A program made the translations under genes and the position numbers. The notes under the pieces are model-generated. The model made no database searches. It was not told where the DNA came from and was given only the letters and a program-made list of their open reading frames with translations. A stretch of 63,993 nucleotides of DNA, the filler included, from Vicugna vicugna (Eukaryota): assembly GCA_013265495.1 (NCBI GenBank). It is 73 parts of 73 records of this genome, joined end to end, with 100 filler letters (N's around TTAATTAATTAA, not from the genome) between each part and the next. Parts side by side here need not be neighbours in the genome. Positions count along the whole stretch, not along the records: positions 11,681 to 12,881 come from MU061081.1; positions 12,982 to 13,775 come from PNXW01017489.1; positions 13,876 to 14,606 come from MU061082.1; positions 14,707 to 15,524 come from MU061083.1; positions 15,625 to 16,417 come from PNXW01017495.1; positions 16,518 to 17,293 come from PNXW01017500.1; positions 17,394 to 18,200 come from PNXW01017506.1; positions 18,301 to 18,990 come from PNXW01017510.1; 65 more parts are not named here. One strand, written 5' to 3'. How positions within the stretch are numbered: the stretch's first letter is position 1; the number at the start of each line of letters is the position of its first letter. Positions 11,581 through 23,523 of the stretch are shown one piece after another.

Positions 11581-12801
11581 NNNNNNNNNNNNNNNNNNNN
11601 NNNNNNNNNNNNNNNNNNNNNNNNTTAATTAATTAANNNNNNNNNNNNNNNNNNNNNNNNNNNNNNNNNNNNNNNNNNNNTCAAATATAACATATATATA
11701 CATATTGAATATGCATCAGAAATAATCGATGTTCTTCAGTATTCAGAGTTGATCCTTCTAAAATATCTGTCATTGTGACAGCACAGTTTTATTAAGCACC
11801 TCTTTGGTTCTTTGTATACAAGACGTCTAACTCTCACAGTCAGACAATTTAAACGATATTACTCAAATTTCACAAATGAGGAAATGTACTTAAGCCANNN
11901 NNNNNNNNNNNNNNNNNNNNNNNNNNNNNNNNNNNNNNNNNNNNNNNNNNNNNNNNNNNNNNNNNNNNNNNNNNNNNNNNNNNNNNNNNNNNNNNNNNNN
12001 NNNNNNNNNNNNNNNNNNNNNNNNNNNNNNNNNNNNNNNNNNNNNNNNNNNNNNNNNNNNNNNNNNNNNNNNNNNNNNNNNNNNNNNNNNNNNNNNNNNN
12101 NNNNNNNNNNNNNNNNNNNNNNNNNNNNNNNNNNNNNNNNNNNNNNNNNNNNNNNNNNNNNNNNNNNNNNNNNNNNNNNNNNNNNNNNNNNNNNNNNNNN
12201 NNNNNNNNNNNNNNNNNNNNNNNNNNNNNNNNNNNNNNNNNNNNNNNNNNNNNNNNNNNNNNNNNNNNNNNNNNNNNNNNNNNNNNNNNNNNNNNNNNNN
12301 NNNNNNNNNNNNNNNNNNNNNNNNNNNNNNNNNNNNNNNNNNNNNNNNNNNNNNNNNNNNNNNNNNNNNNNNNNNNNNNNNNNNNNNNNNNNNNNNNNNN
12401 NNNNNNNNNNNNNNNNNNNNNNNNNNNNNNNNNNNNNNNNNNNNNNNNNNNNNNNNNNNNNNNNNNNNNNNNNNNNNNNNNNNNNNNNNNNNNNNNNNNN
12501 NNNNNNNNNNNNNNNNNNNNNNNNNNNNNNNNNNNNNNNNNNNNNNNNNNNNNNNNNNNNNNNNNNNNNNNNTTAATAAATTAAGACAGACCAAAAAGGA
12601 GAAATCACCTTAAAGGAGAAACATTTTAAGTCAATGAGCATTTCTTTTTGGATGGATTGCAGAATATTCTTTTGATTTTTTTAATAAACCAAGTTTTGTA
12701 AACTAATTATAGATTTACAGTTTCATGGACAAGTCTCCAGGAAAAGAATTAGAGGCCTCTAACCTCTGAATACTAAGAAAGTAAAGTTTAAAAAAAATCA
12801 A

Positions 12802-12881
12802 GGGGGAAATAATACCTCATTTGGGAAAGTATGTGATTAGCATGCATGAGGCCCTCAGTTCAGTCACCATTAACTCCATTT
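12802..12881 (+). mobile_element. Degenerate Vic-1-like SINE head
   Basis: gggggaaataatacctcatttgggaaagtatgtgattagcatgcatgaggccctcagttcagtc aligns to the SINE heads at 6861 and 13098. Confidence 0.6.
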
Positions 12882-13097
12882 NNNNNNNNNNNNNNNNNNN
12901 NNNNNNNNNNNNNNNNNNNNNNNNNTTAATTAATTAANNNNNNNNNNNNNNNNNNNNNNNNNNNNNNNNNNNNNNNNNNNNAAGAATGGAAGGCCCTAAA
13001 AATGAACAAACTATGTTAGGAAATCAGATTGGTCAGTGAATATCAAAATATGTTTAGTTTATTTTTACATTTTAAAAAAGAGAAAAATCTTTAGCTG

Positions 13098-13279
13098 GGG
13101 GAGGGTATAGCTCAGTGGTAGAGTACATGCTCAGCTCTGATTGACCTGGGTTCAATCCCTCGTATCTCCATTAAAATTAAATAAGTGAATCAATAAACCT
13201 AATTAAACATAATTACCTCTCCCCAGGACAAAAGCAAAACAAACAAACAGAAAAACAACAAAAAGATAAAATATTTTTT
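13098..13279 (+). mobile_element. Vic-1-like tRNA-derived SINE with 14-bp target-site duplication
   Basis: ggggagggtatagctcagtggtagag ... gggttcaatccc and an A-rich tail. TSD AAAATCTTTAGCTG at 13084-13097 and 13280-13293. Confidence 0.92.
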
Positions 13280-13407
13280 AAAATCTTTAGCTGAAACTTG
13301 ATTGGAAAATAGTGAATGAGTGGTCAAAGTATGTTAAAGCTCTTCATGCATTTAAATGAGACATAGAAGTGTTGAATCCTTTAAACATTTCTAAGAAATA
13401 ATATATA

Positions 13408-13775
13408 TGTTACCAAATTCAGTTAACATACATATTATATTACTGAAAAGCTAATAGTTGAAACAGGCAAATGTTGGTAGAAAAGAAAGCTGCTTTAATT
13501 AGAAATCTGTCAATCTGGGGAGCAGGTGGACTCATGTCCCAAGACTTCTGAAGATTTTGCTCGGCCGTGACAATTTTGAATGGGATGAATGGGCAAAAGG
13601 GGAATCAATCTCAGTGAATCATAAAGGTAGGAGGTCAGATTCTTCATCATTTTTCCATCACAACAAGACTGTGTGCAGTCCCAGTGACTTCTTTTGATCT
13701 TCTTTTGTTGCTATCTTCCTATGTGATCTCCCTGCAAATTTGCTAAGGAGTTAGCTGGGAGTAGAGAATCAGTCA
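13408..13775 (-). mobile_element. ERV LTR fragment (ungulate ERV1-type, antisense)
   Basis: Starts TGTTACC; aaagctaatagttgaaacagg...gttggtagaaaagaaagctgcttta...ggtggactcatgtcccaa resembles ungulate LTR termini. Confidence 0.6.
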
Positions 13776-13875
13776 NNNNNNNNNNNNNNNNNNNNNNNNN
13801 NNNNNNNNNNNNNNNNNNNTTAATTAATTAANNNNNNNNNNNNNNNNNNNNNNNNNNNNNNNNNNNNNNNNNNNN

Positions 13876-14175
13876 AGCTTACCTTGCCCTGCTTCCATTG
13901 CTTATTTCCCATATGTTACCTACAACGGTCTTATTAAAATATGAATCAGATCAAGTTGTTCCGCTTTGCAAAATACTCTCGTGATTTTCAATTGTATGCA
14001 GAAGGATATCCAGACTCTCTACCAAGGCCCTGTGTGATCCGGTCCCTCATCCGTCTGTGCAGCTTCAGGTCTCACCGTTCTGCTCCAGCCCATCTTCACT
14101 GCCCAGACGGTCCCCACCAGGACAGCTGTGTTTGTAACTCCAAGTCTCGTACTTACACTTCTCCCGGCCTGGGAG
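13876..14175 (+). mobile_element. LINE-2 3' region remnant
   Basis: cttattaaaatatgaatcagatca...tccagactctctaccaaggccctgtgtgatccggtccct is an L2 signature. Confidence 0.65.
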
Positions 14176-14706
14176 NNNNNNNNNNNNNNNNNNNNNNNNN
14201 NNNNNNNNNNNNNNNNNNNNNNNNNNNNNNNNNNNNNNNNNNNNNNNNNNNNNNNNNNNNNNNNNNNNNNNNNNNNNNNNNNNNNNNNNNNNNNNNNNNN
14301 NNNNNNNNNNNNNNNNNNNNNNNNNNNNNNNNNNNNNNNNNNNNNNNNNNNNNNNNNNNNNNNNNNNNNNNNNNNNNNNNNNNNNNNNNNNNNNNNNTTA
14401 CTGTCTGTCTTTCTTACTAGACCTACATTCATGGAACCACAAATAACTTCTTTAACCAGTAAATTTCAAACCAACTTTAAATGAATTCTTTTATAAGTTG
14501 AGAATCTCAGAAGCTTCCACGTGTTGCTTAGGGAAAAAAGAGAAAGGATACAGGTTGAACAAATTTATTAAGGACCTGGGAGTTGGTTATTTATTTTATA
14601 CATAGTNNNNNNNNNNNNNNNNNNNNNNNNNNNNNNNNNNNNNNNNNNNNTTAATTAATTAANNNNNNNNNNNNNNNNNNNNNNNNNNNNNNNNNNNNNN
14701 NNNNNN

Positions 14707-15524
14707 AGAATATAGTATACAGAATATAGGATTTAGAACACAGAAAATAGAATATGGAAACTTAACATAAAACCCAGAATTTAGAACATGGAATGGAGAA
14801 CACAGAATTTAGATTATAGAATACAGAATACTGAATATAGAATATAGAATATAGAATGCAGAACACAGAATTTAGAATATACATTATAATACTGANNNNN
14901 NNNNNNNNNNNNNNNNNNNNNNNNNNNNNNNNNNNNNNNNNNNNNNNNNNNNNNNNNNNNNNNNNNNNNNNNNNNNNNNNNNNNNNNNNNNNNNNNNNNN
15001 NNNNNNNNNNNNNNNNNNNNNNNNNNNNNNNNNNNNNNNNNNNNNNNNNNNNNNNNNNNNNNNNNNNNNNNNNNNNNNNNNNNNNNNNNNNNNNNNNNNN
15101 NNNNNNNNNNNNNNNNNNNNNNNNNNNNNNNNNNNNNNNNNNNNNNNNNNNNNNNNNNNNNNNNNNNNNNNNNNNNNNNNNNNNNNNNNNNNNNNNNNNN
15201 NNNNNNNNNNNNNNNNNNNNNNNNNNNNNNNNNNNNNNNNNNNNNNNNNNNNNNNNNNNNNNNNNNNNNNNNNNNNNNNNNNNNNNNNNNNNNNNNNNNN
15301 NNNNNNNNNNNNNNNNNNNNNNNNNNNNNNNNNNNTAGAATATAGAATGAAGTACGCAAAATATAGGATATAGAATAGAGAATATAGAAGACAGTATTTA
15401 GAACATGGGATGCGGAACACAGAATTTCGAATATAAATACGGAATACTGAATGTAGGATTTTGAATATAGAATGCAAATCACAGGATATATAATAGAGTA
15501 TACACAACCCAGAATTTAAAACGT
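14707..15524 (+). repeat. AGAATAY heptamer satellite D
   Basis: Same heptamer and landmark motif. Confidence 0.9.
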
Positions 15525-15624
15525 NNNNNNNNNNNNNNNNNNNNNNNNNNNNNNNNNNNNNNNNNNNNTTAATTAATTAANNNNNNNNNNNNNNNNNNNN
15601 NNNNNNNNNNNNNNNNNNNNNNNN

Positions 15625-16417
15625 TAGAAAAGAGAACATAAAAAGTAAGATTCAGAACATGGAAATCGGAGGACAGAATACAGAATAAAGAATACATAAT
15701 ACAGAACCCAGAATTTAGAACATGGAATTCAGAACACAGAACATAGAATATAGAATACAGAATACTGAAAATAGAATATAGAACACAGTATCTAGATTAT
15801 AGAAAACAGAACATACAAAGTAAGATTCAGAATATGGAAATCGGAGGACAGAATACAGAATAAAGAATACATAATACAGAACCCAGAATTTAGAACATGG
15901 AATTCAGAACACAGAACATAGAATATAGAATACAGAATACAGAACGCAGAATTTAGAACATGGAATTAGGAACACAGAATTTAGTACATAGGATACAGAA
16001 TACAGAAAATAGAATGTACAATACAGAATATAGAATACAAAATACAGAAACCAGAATTTAGATAATGGAATGCAGAGTACAAAACATAGAATATAGATTA
16101 CTGAATATAGAATGTAGAATATAGAATGTAGAAATCAGAATAAATAATATAGAATGCAGAATACAGAACATAGAATTTAGAACATGCAATTCAGTACAGA
16201 GAATTTAGAATATAGAGTATAGAATACAGAATATAAAATGTTAGAATATAGAATGCAGAACATATAATATAGAATATAGTATACAGTATACAGAATAAAC
16301 AGTATACAAAGAATGTAGAATACAGAATGCAGAAACCAGAATTTAGAACACGGAATGCAAAACACAATTAAGAATATAGAATACAGGATACAGAATATAG
16401 AATTTAGAATATAGAAT
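15625..16417 (+). repeat. AGAATAY heptamer satellite D with a 175-bp internal duplication
   Basis: agtaagattcagaa[c/t]atggaaatcggaggacag at 15644 and 15819 (175 = 25 x 7). Confidence 0.92.
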
Positions 16418-16517
16418 NNNNNNNNNNNNNNNNNNNNNNNNNNNNNNNNNNNNNNNNNNNNTTAATTAATTAANNNNNNNNNNNNNNNNNNNNNNNNNNN
16501 NNNNNNNNNNNNNNNNN

Positions 16518-17234
16518 GGAGAAGGCTTTCCACTTTCCCTCTGTGCATGAGAGTCTCAGGACTGCCCTGACGATGTGGACGTAGGAGAAGAGGATGAGGG
16601 AGAAGGGGAAGGTGATGACTGATAAGCCCACGACAAGCAACACAAGCTCATTGACGACTGTGTCTGAGCAGGACAGTCTGAGCAGAGGGGCCAAGTCACA
16701 GAAGAAGTGTGGGAGAGCATTGCTGTCACAGAAGAGCAATGGAAGGAGCAGGAGAGTGTGTGTTAGGGCAACAGCATGACTGAGGACCCACGGGATGACT
16801 GTGAGCAAAATGCAGAGCCTGGGTTCCATGATGGTTGTGTAGCTCAGGGGGTGGCAGATAGCCACAAAACGGTCATAGGCCATGACCCCCAAGAGGAAGT
16901 TGTCAATGACGACAAACACAATAGAAAAATACATCTGTGTGATGCAGCTCTCATAGGAGATGGATTGGCTCTTGGTCTGAATATTCATCAGCATGTTGGG
17001 GACTGAAGTGGAAATGGAGGAAAGATCAGCAAAGGACAGATTGGCAAGGAAGAGGTACATGGGGGTGTGAAGGTAAGAATCTAAGCCAATGGCCAGAATG
17101 ATGAGCCCATTTCCAACCATGGTGACCAGGTACATACCCAGGAAAAGCACGAAGAGGAGCTTCTGCTGCTCAGCCCGGTTGGAGAGTCCCAGGAGGAGGA
17201 ATTCAGAGATGGTGGTTTGGTTTCCTTGATGCAT
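16518..17234 (-). CDS. OR1S1: Olfactory receptor, family 1 subfamily S (OR1S1/OR1S2-like); 3' end cut off by the scaffold end
   Basis: Intronless ORF MHQGNQTTISEFLLLG...LHTPMYLFLANLS...MAYDRFVAICHPL...HFFCDLAPLLRLSCSDT...GKWKAFS with canonical OR motifs. It closely resembles human OR1S1/2 as I recall them; orthology to S1 versus S2 is unresolved. No stop in the 239 visible codons. Confidence 0.93.
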
Positions 17235-20024
17235 AATTCTGCCGACCTGGAGAAAGGAACACAAGGTCTTCGTATCCCCACAAGAAAGCTCAANNNNNNN
17301 NNNNNNNNNNNNNNNNNNNNNNNNNNNNNNNNNNNNNTTAATTAATTAANNNNNNNNNNNNNNNNNNNNNNNNNNNNNNNNNNNNNNNNNNNNCTATACC
17401 CTCCCTCCATCATATTAATTTCTGATTCTAAATCAAGGAGGCTTTAAGTTTAAATCTTTGACTCAATTCACACTTAAAACATATGCATTTTCATAGCATC
17501 CCCCAAATTCTACCGTAAAATAAGAAGTATTTTATGTATTATAGAAGTACAGATAACTGGTTCACCTGCTGAAGAGAGATAAATGAGAACAGAGCAAAGG
17601 AGGGGACGAGGTCGACTCTGGAGCAGATGCAGGGGATCATCACCACTCACTGGACAGTCAGGCACATTCAACAAATCCCCACAAAGTTCATTCTTAACAG
17701 GCTTGACACAAGTGGACATCAACAAGTGGCTCAGTCATCTGCTCCTGCCTTATTTCGGAAACTTCCCTGGAGCAAATGCATCGTAAACCGCAGATAATAA
17801 GGAAATGTCTGATAATGATAACAACTGGGAGTGCAATGTCTCTCTGACAAAATATTTATAAAACTCATTGTGGGAATGGTAGAGGGCAGGAGGGATGTGA
17901 CTGAGGAAGGTACTGCCCTGTATTCTTTGTATCTAGCACGTCTGTTATTCGTAGGTTTTAAAAACTCTTCAATGTTTCTCAGTTAATCTGGAGTAGATGG
18001 AACAGGCCAGGGAGGCAAGATTAGAAGAAAGGAAGTAGGGCATGAAAGTAGGGCATGAAGCGGTGCCAGGCTGGTCCTGAAAGGGAGACAGACACAGACA
18101 GGCAGACACAGACGGTTTAGGAATGAGGCAGAACAATCAGACGGCGGCTCAGGTATGTCTTGCTGTTGCTGATACTTCCCTCAACTGGCTCATTACAGAC
18201 NNNNNNNNNNNNNNNNNNNNNNNNNNNNNNNNNNNNNNNNNNNNTTAATTAATTAANNNNNNNNNNNNNNNNNNNNNNNNNNNNNNNNNNNNNNNNNNNN
18301 AACATCTGCACCCTTCTAAAAGCACGCCACAACTTTACTACTACAAACGACACTCTGTCACTGAACTAAAGGCTGATGACAGCCAAGAAATTTCCAAGAA
18401 TCTTATTCTGTGCTCCTCCCTTTTTGTCTTTGGAAACTCAGGAAGTTTGCCTCCTCTCCCTGAGTGTCATTTTCCTCATCCTTCAAATGGGAGTGTAACA
18501 GTCATTCATTTACTCAGTGTCTATTCAACAACAGGAGACGGCTTATGAAAACAACAACAACAAAAAAGCAAAACAGCAATTCTGATCTGTGCTGTCTTCC
18601 TCCTCCTCCCTGAAGATGAACTTACAGGTTAAAATGACATCTTTCACTAAATCCCGAACTTAAGGAGCAGTTGTGATAAGGAAGTCACAGGACTGCCATG
18701 TAACCGAGAAATGACCTGGTGAAAAAGAGTGAGTAAAGTGTACAATCCCTGGGAGCTACAGACATGGGTGGCAGTTCCTTAGGTCCCCACTTCACAAAGC
18801 CGAGAACTTTGCAGGGTCCATGAAAGAAACAGATAGCCCAATACAACCACACCATGTTTTGGAGTACACCGAGGCCACATCACTGCTGACCTGTACCTCT
18901 TTGTGTCCCAGAGCAACAGCCCTGGGTGGGGGTGACCGTGCTTGGGGCTGGACAAGAACTTTCTGTTCTGTCTCTTTTGCTCTCTCTCTTNNNNNNNNNN
19001 NNNNNNNNNNNNNNNNNNNNNNNNNNNNNNNNNNTTAATTAATTAANNNNNNNNNNNNNNNNNNNNNNNNNNNNNNNNNNNNNNNNNNNNATTTCAAGGG
19101 ATCCACTTCATGAAGGAAGCAAAGTATTAAGTAAATCACTTCAGCAACATGCTTCTCAATAAACCTTGGTGTCTCGGTCTCAGCCTGAAGGAGGGTAAGC
19201 CCTCCAGCCCATCTGCCTTCCTGCCACATACCCTGGATGTTCTTGGTTCCCTCACCTGTGACACGTGTGTTCTCCTGGGACTCTTCGTAGATGATAAAAC
19301 TATATGCAAACGGGCTACCTCATTGCCAGACAGTAGGCACTGAACAAATAATAAAATTATTTTGTTTCATGAAAATGGAAGACAAGTCTCCCAATTAAAC
19401 ATTCCTGACAGAATCCCAACAAGCACTTTAACTTATCTGCCAGAAATTGTAAAATAGCATTTCTCTTTTGAAGGCTGTATCCATTCTCCCTACTTTTTAG
19501 CAATCCTGGCAGTTATCCTAAAAATCTATTCCCAGAACTTGGCATTCATCTCCCATACTTAAATCCTTTAAGTTTGAAATTATGATGAAGATTGGGCACA
19601 TAAAGATTCACACCATAATTCACAGAATAAACAAAGACCACAGGATCAGGGCCACCTCCAGAACCCATGTGCTCAGGACAGGCTCCAAACTTCACAAAAT
19701 CAGAAGCATGCTGTTTGAAAAGAAATAAAATTGAATGTGATCAAGGAGGCTGACATAGAGCACCGGCCGGCTCACGAGACGACTCCGTCGCCCCCTCGTC
19801 TGACCTAAGTCATCTAACAAATTTATCCTTTGATCTCTAACTAAAACTAGAGATCTGACCTAACTAACAAATTTATCCTTTGATCTCTAACTAAAACTAG
19901 AGTATGGGTAGGGTTGGAAAGTAANNNNNNNNNNNNNNNNNNNNNNNNNNNNNNNNNNNNNNNNNNNNTTAATTAATTAANNNNNNNNNNNNNNNNNNNN
20001 NNNNNNNNNNNNNNNNNNNNNNNN

Positions 20025-21175
20025 TCTCTCCACATGCTCAGATCTGAGAGATAAGTGTGTGTGAAAGACATCCTTCACCTAGCTTCAAGGGAACACAAAG
20101 TTTCTTTCCATTTGCAAAGTCCACTCCATACATATATATGGGGAGGTACAAGCTCCAACTCGGTTTTGTAGTGAAAACGGCAGGCACTTCAAACCGGCAC
20201 TAGGAAACAGACTGAGAAACCAGAGTCAGTGTTTCTCCTGCAACCCGTTCNNNNNNNNNNNNNNNNNNNNNNNNNNNNNNNNNNNNNNNNNNNNNNNNNN
20301 NNNNNNNNNNNNNNNNNNNNNNNNNNNNNNNNNNNNNNNNNNNNNNNNNNNNNNNNNNNNNNNNNNNNNNNNNNNNNNNNNNNNNNNNNNNNNNNNNNNN
20401 NNNNNNNNNNNNNNNNNNNNNNNNNNNNNNNNNNNNNNNNNNNNNNNNNNNNNNNNNNNNNNNNNNNNNNNNNNNNNNNNNNNNNNNNNNNNNNNNNNNN
20501 NNNNNNNNNNNNNNNNNNNNNNNNNNNNNNNNNNNNNNNNNNNNNNNNNNNNNNNNNNNNNNNNNNNNNNNNNNNNNNNNNNNNNNNNNNNNNNNNNNNN
20601 NNNNNNNNNNNNNNNNNNNNNNNNNNNNNNNNNNNNNNNNNNNNNNNNNNNNNNNNNNNNNNNNNNNNNNNNNNNNNNNNNNNNNNNNNNNNNNNNNNNN
20701 NNNNNNNNNNNNNNNNNNNNNNNNNNNNNNNNNNNNNNNNNNNNNNNNNNNNNNNNNNNNNNNNNNNNNNNNNNNNNNNNNNNNNNNNNNNNNNNNNNNN
20801 NNNNNNNNNNNNNNNNNNNNNNNNNNNNNNNNNNNNNNNNNNNCCCCACTCCATACATATATACGGGAAGGTACAGCTCCAACTCGGTTTTACAGTGAAA
20901 ACGGCAGGCACTTCAAACCGGCACTAGGAAACACACTGAGAAACCCGAGTCAGTGTTTCCCCTACAACCCGTTCTCTTTTTGCTGGATGAACGAACGTCT
21001 CTCCACATGCTCAGTTCTGAGAGATAAGAGTGTGTGAAAGCCGTCCTTCACCTAGCTTGAAGGGAACACAATGTTTCTTTCCAGTTGTCAACTCCAATCC
21101 AGACATATATTTGGGGAGGTACAAGGTCTTACTCGGTTTTGTAGTGAAAACGGCAGGCACTTCAAACCGGCACTA
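20025..21175 (+). repeat. 249-bp tandem satellite (family B)
   Basis: gtgaaaacggcaggcacttcaaaccggcact at 20895 and 21144 gives period 249. Confidence 0.93.
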
Positions 21176-21275
21176 NNNNNNNNNNNNNNNNNNNNNNNNN
21201 NNNNNNNNNNNNNNNNNNNTTAATTAATTAANNNNNNNNNNNNNNNNNNNNNNNNNNNNNNNNNNNNNNNNNNNN

Positions 21276-21492
21276 AGCGGCTAGTAAATGCTGTAGCAGG
21301 ATTCAAGCAGGGCCTTGTCACACTTCAAGGGCATGTTCTCGCTACTAATTCCGGTACCTCCCCGTTGTACCTGAAATGGTGAAGTGAGTCAGTTTCGGAG
21401 CCTTTCAGAGAAAGTACGCTTTAAGTGCCTCAGGACTGTTGCACAAAGCTCAGTGTTCTTTGATGGTTCGGAAGCACCGCAGTGCTTTTTGC
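21276..21492 (+). repeat. Unclassified multi-copy sequence, paralogue of 38519-38718 (inverted)
   Basis: tttaagtgcctcaggactgtt..acaaagctcagtgttct..ggttcggaagcaccgcagtgctttt is shared in reverse complement. Confidence 0.8.
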
Positions 21493-23523
21493 NNNNNNNN
21501 NNNNNNNNNNNNNNNNNNNNNNNNNNNNNNNNNNNNNNNNNNNNNNNNNNNNNNNNNNNNNNNNNNNNNNNNNNNNNNNNNNNNNNNNNNNNNNNNNNNN
21601 NNNNNNNNNNNNNNNNNNNNNNNNNNNNNNNNNNNNNNNNNNNNNNNNNNNNNNNNNNNNNNNNNNNNNNNNNNNNNNNNNNNNNNNNNNNNNNNNNNNN
21701 NNNNNNNNNNNNNNNNNNNNNNNNNNNNNNNNNNNNNNNNNNNNNNNNNNNNNNNNNNNNNNNNNNNNNNNNNNNNNNNNNNNNNNNNNNNNNNNNNNAA
21801 TGAAATTGAGTACAGAACATTGCATTTCTTACTTTCTACTGAGAGATGTCTTCCAACATAAGATTCTCTGCTTTGGAACTTCAGCTCTGCCACTAGGGCG
21901 CCTGTCATTGTGTTGGTGTGATTGCATTTACACAGTGCATGTAATCTGGGCTTCCTTAGCCCCAAACACTCCAGTGCAGAATCATAGGCTGCAGCCATCA
22001 CTTAGTTATACAAATACTTCTAAAACTATATGATACCAAAAGAAAATAAATAAAAAGAGAGAGAGGGAGATTGCCTTTATCAAAGTTCCTTTGGATTTTA
22101 ACTGCAAAGTGTTGTTGAGCAGCTCTGGTTTCCTTTGGATATGAATATATACATTTCTTTGCATGTAACTTGGATTTTAGGCTTGAACACCAAGCTCTTG
22201 TTTTCCATGAGCCACAAAAATCATAGCCAAATGACACACGTATGAAATATTTTATTCGTTTTATCTGAGACAGAATCCTTGAATTTGGGACTTGAGCTGT
22301 GATTTTGCTGTTTGCTCTTCCCACCCCTCTTGTCACCTCACTCCTTTTTCCCACGTGGCCTCCAAGAGGTCATGGTCTCAAAGGAGCAGGTGGACAAATA
22401 CCAGTTGATCGCCAAGCACTGCTGCTGTAGACGGAGCCCAGCCAAAAGCTACAGGACATCATCAGGGAGGACTTCCTGGAAGAAATTGGCTNNNNNNNNN
22501 NNNNNNNNNNNNNNNNNNNNNNNNNNNNNNNNNNNTTAATTAATTAANNNNNNNNNNNNNNNNNNNNNNNNNNNNNNNNNNNNNNNNNNNNGATGAGAAA
22601 GCTTTATCATCCGATCATGTTGGGTAAAGCCATTTATCCCAACCAAGTCTGCACCCGCATGATATAGTGCCCCCGAGGGCTTGACTCAAGTGAAAGACGA
22701 TCCACATAAGCTGTGTGTTTAATTTCATTTGCGGCTTTTACAGTACAGTTCACATTCTGATTCAAATATTTACCTATACATTCTTGAAAAACTGAGGCCT
22801 AATACAGTTTCAAGTTCAGTCAAAATTTCCCCTCACTTACCACACTCCCTTCACCCCAGGGAAGACATAAACCCAGCATTTGCGGAATCTAGCGGAAGGC
22901 CATCGTTTCTTTGTGGGAGGTAAGTATTCAATTCCTATCTATTTCAGCCGAGAATTTTTGAACTTTAAGGAGTTCACTGTTGTTCACAGAGTGTGAAGCT
23001 GGAGGAACTCTGATTCTAGGAGGGGCTTGCCATTCTCGTACTGGCTTCATTGCAGCTCAGGTTCTGATCCTTCAAATGGATGCCTGAGTAGAGGGGAGGG
23101 AAGGGCAAGTTCTTGATAGCTAGGCCCCAACCTGGGAAAGGCTTACCTGGGCTTGGTGCATTTTGGTCTCAAGGGCTTGGAAATGACCCTTGGAACGTGT
23201 GGATTCTCACGACCTCTTCCAAGAACATGAGCGTTTTGATCATCTCTGCCATCTCTTCTTTTGCAGACGTCAGGGATCTTGGACCCGTTCTTGTGGCAGA
23301 GAATCGAGGATGGCAGAGAATCGAGGAACTTCCTCAAGTCCACGTTGGCACTCCGTANNNNNNNNNNNNNNNNNNNNNNNNNNNNNNNNNNNNNNNNNNN
23401 NTTAATTAATTAANNNNNNNNNNNNNNNNNNNNNNNNNNNNNNNNNNNNNNNNNNNNAAGAAGGAGCCACACTGAAATGGGTAGGAGGGGCAGAGATACC
23501 GTTAAGTCAAGACCCATATCCCA

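Noticed and set aside
13098..13170. tRNA-Ala-like gene (also 6861 and 31400)
   Set aside because: Followed by an A-rich tail and TSD, with a degenerate anticodon arm: a SINE head, not a tRNA gene.
14814..15507. Hydrophobic Ile/Leu/Tyr/Ser/Phe-rich ORFs (also 9732, 16177, 56899) resembling membrane proteins
   Set aside because: Antisense translation of the AGAATAY satellite.
19799..19902. Direct repeats of 40-50 bp near scaffold ends (also 38833-38963 and 42899-43021)
   Set aside because: All lie at contig termini, typical of unmerged overlaps or gap-fill artefacts; cannot be accepted without reads.
21820..22275. Two exon-like minus-strand segments that could join as ...KIQRNFDK-VLEVFV*LSDGCSL*FCTG...
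   Set aside because: The implied intron is only 49 bp with a GC donor, the second part has three stops, and no family is recognised. tBLASTn would settle it.
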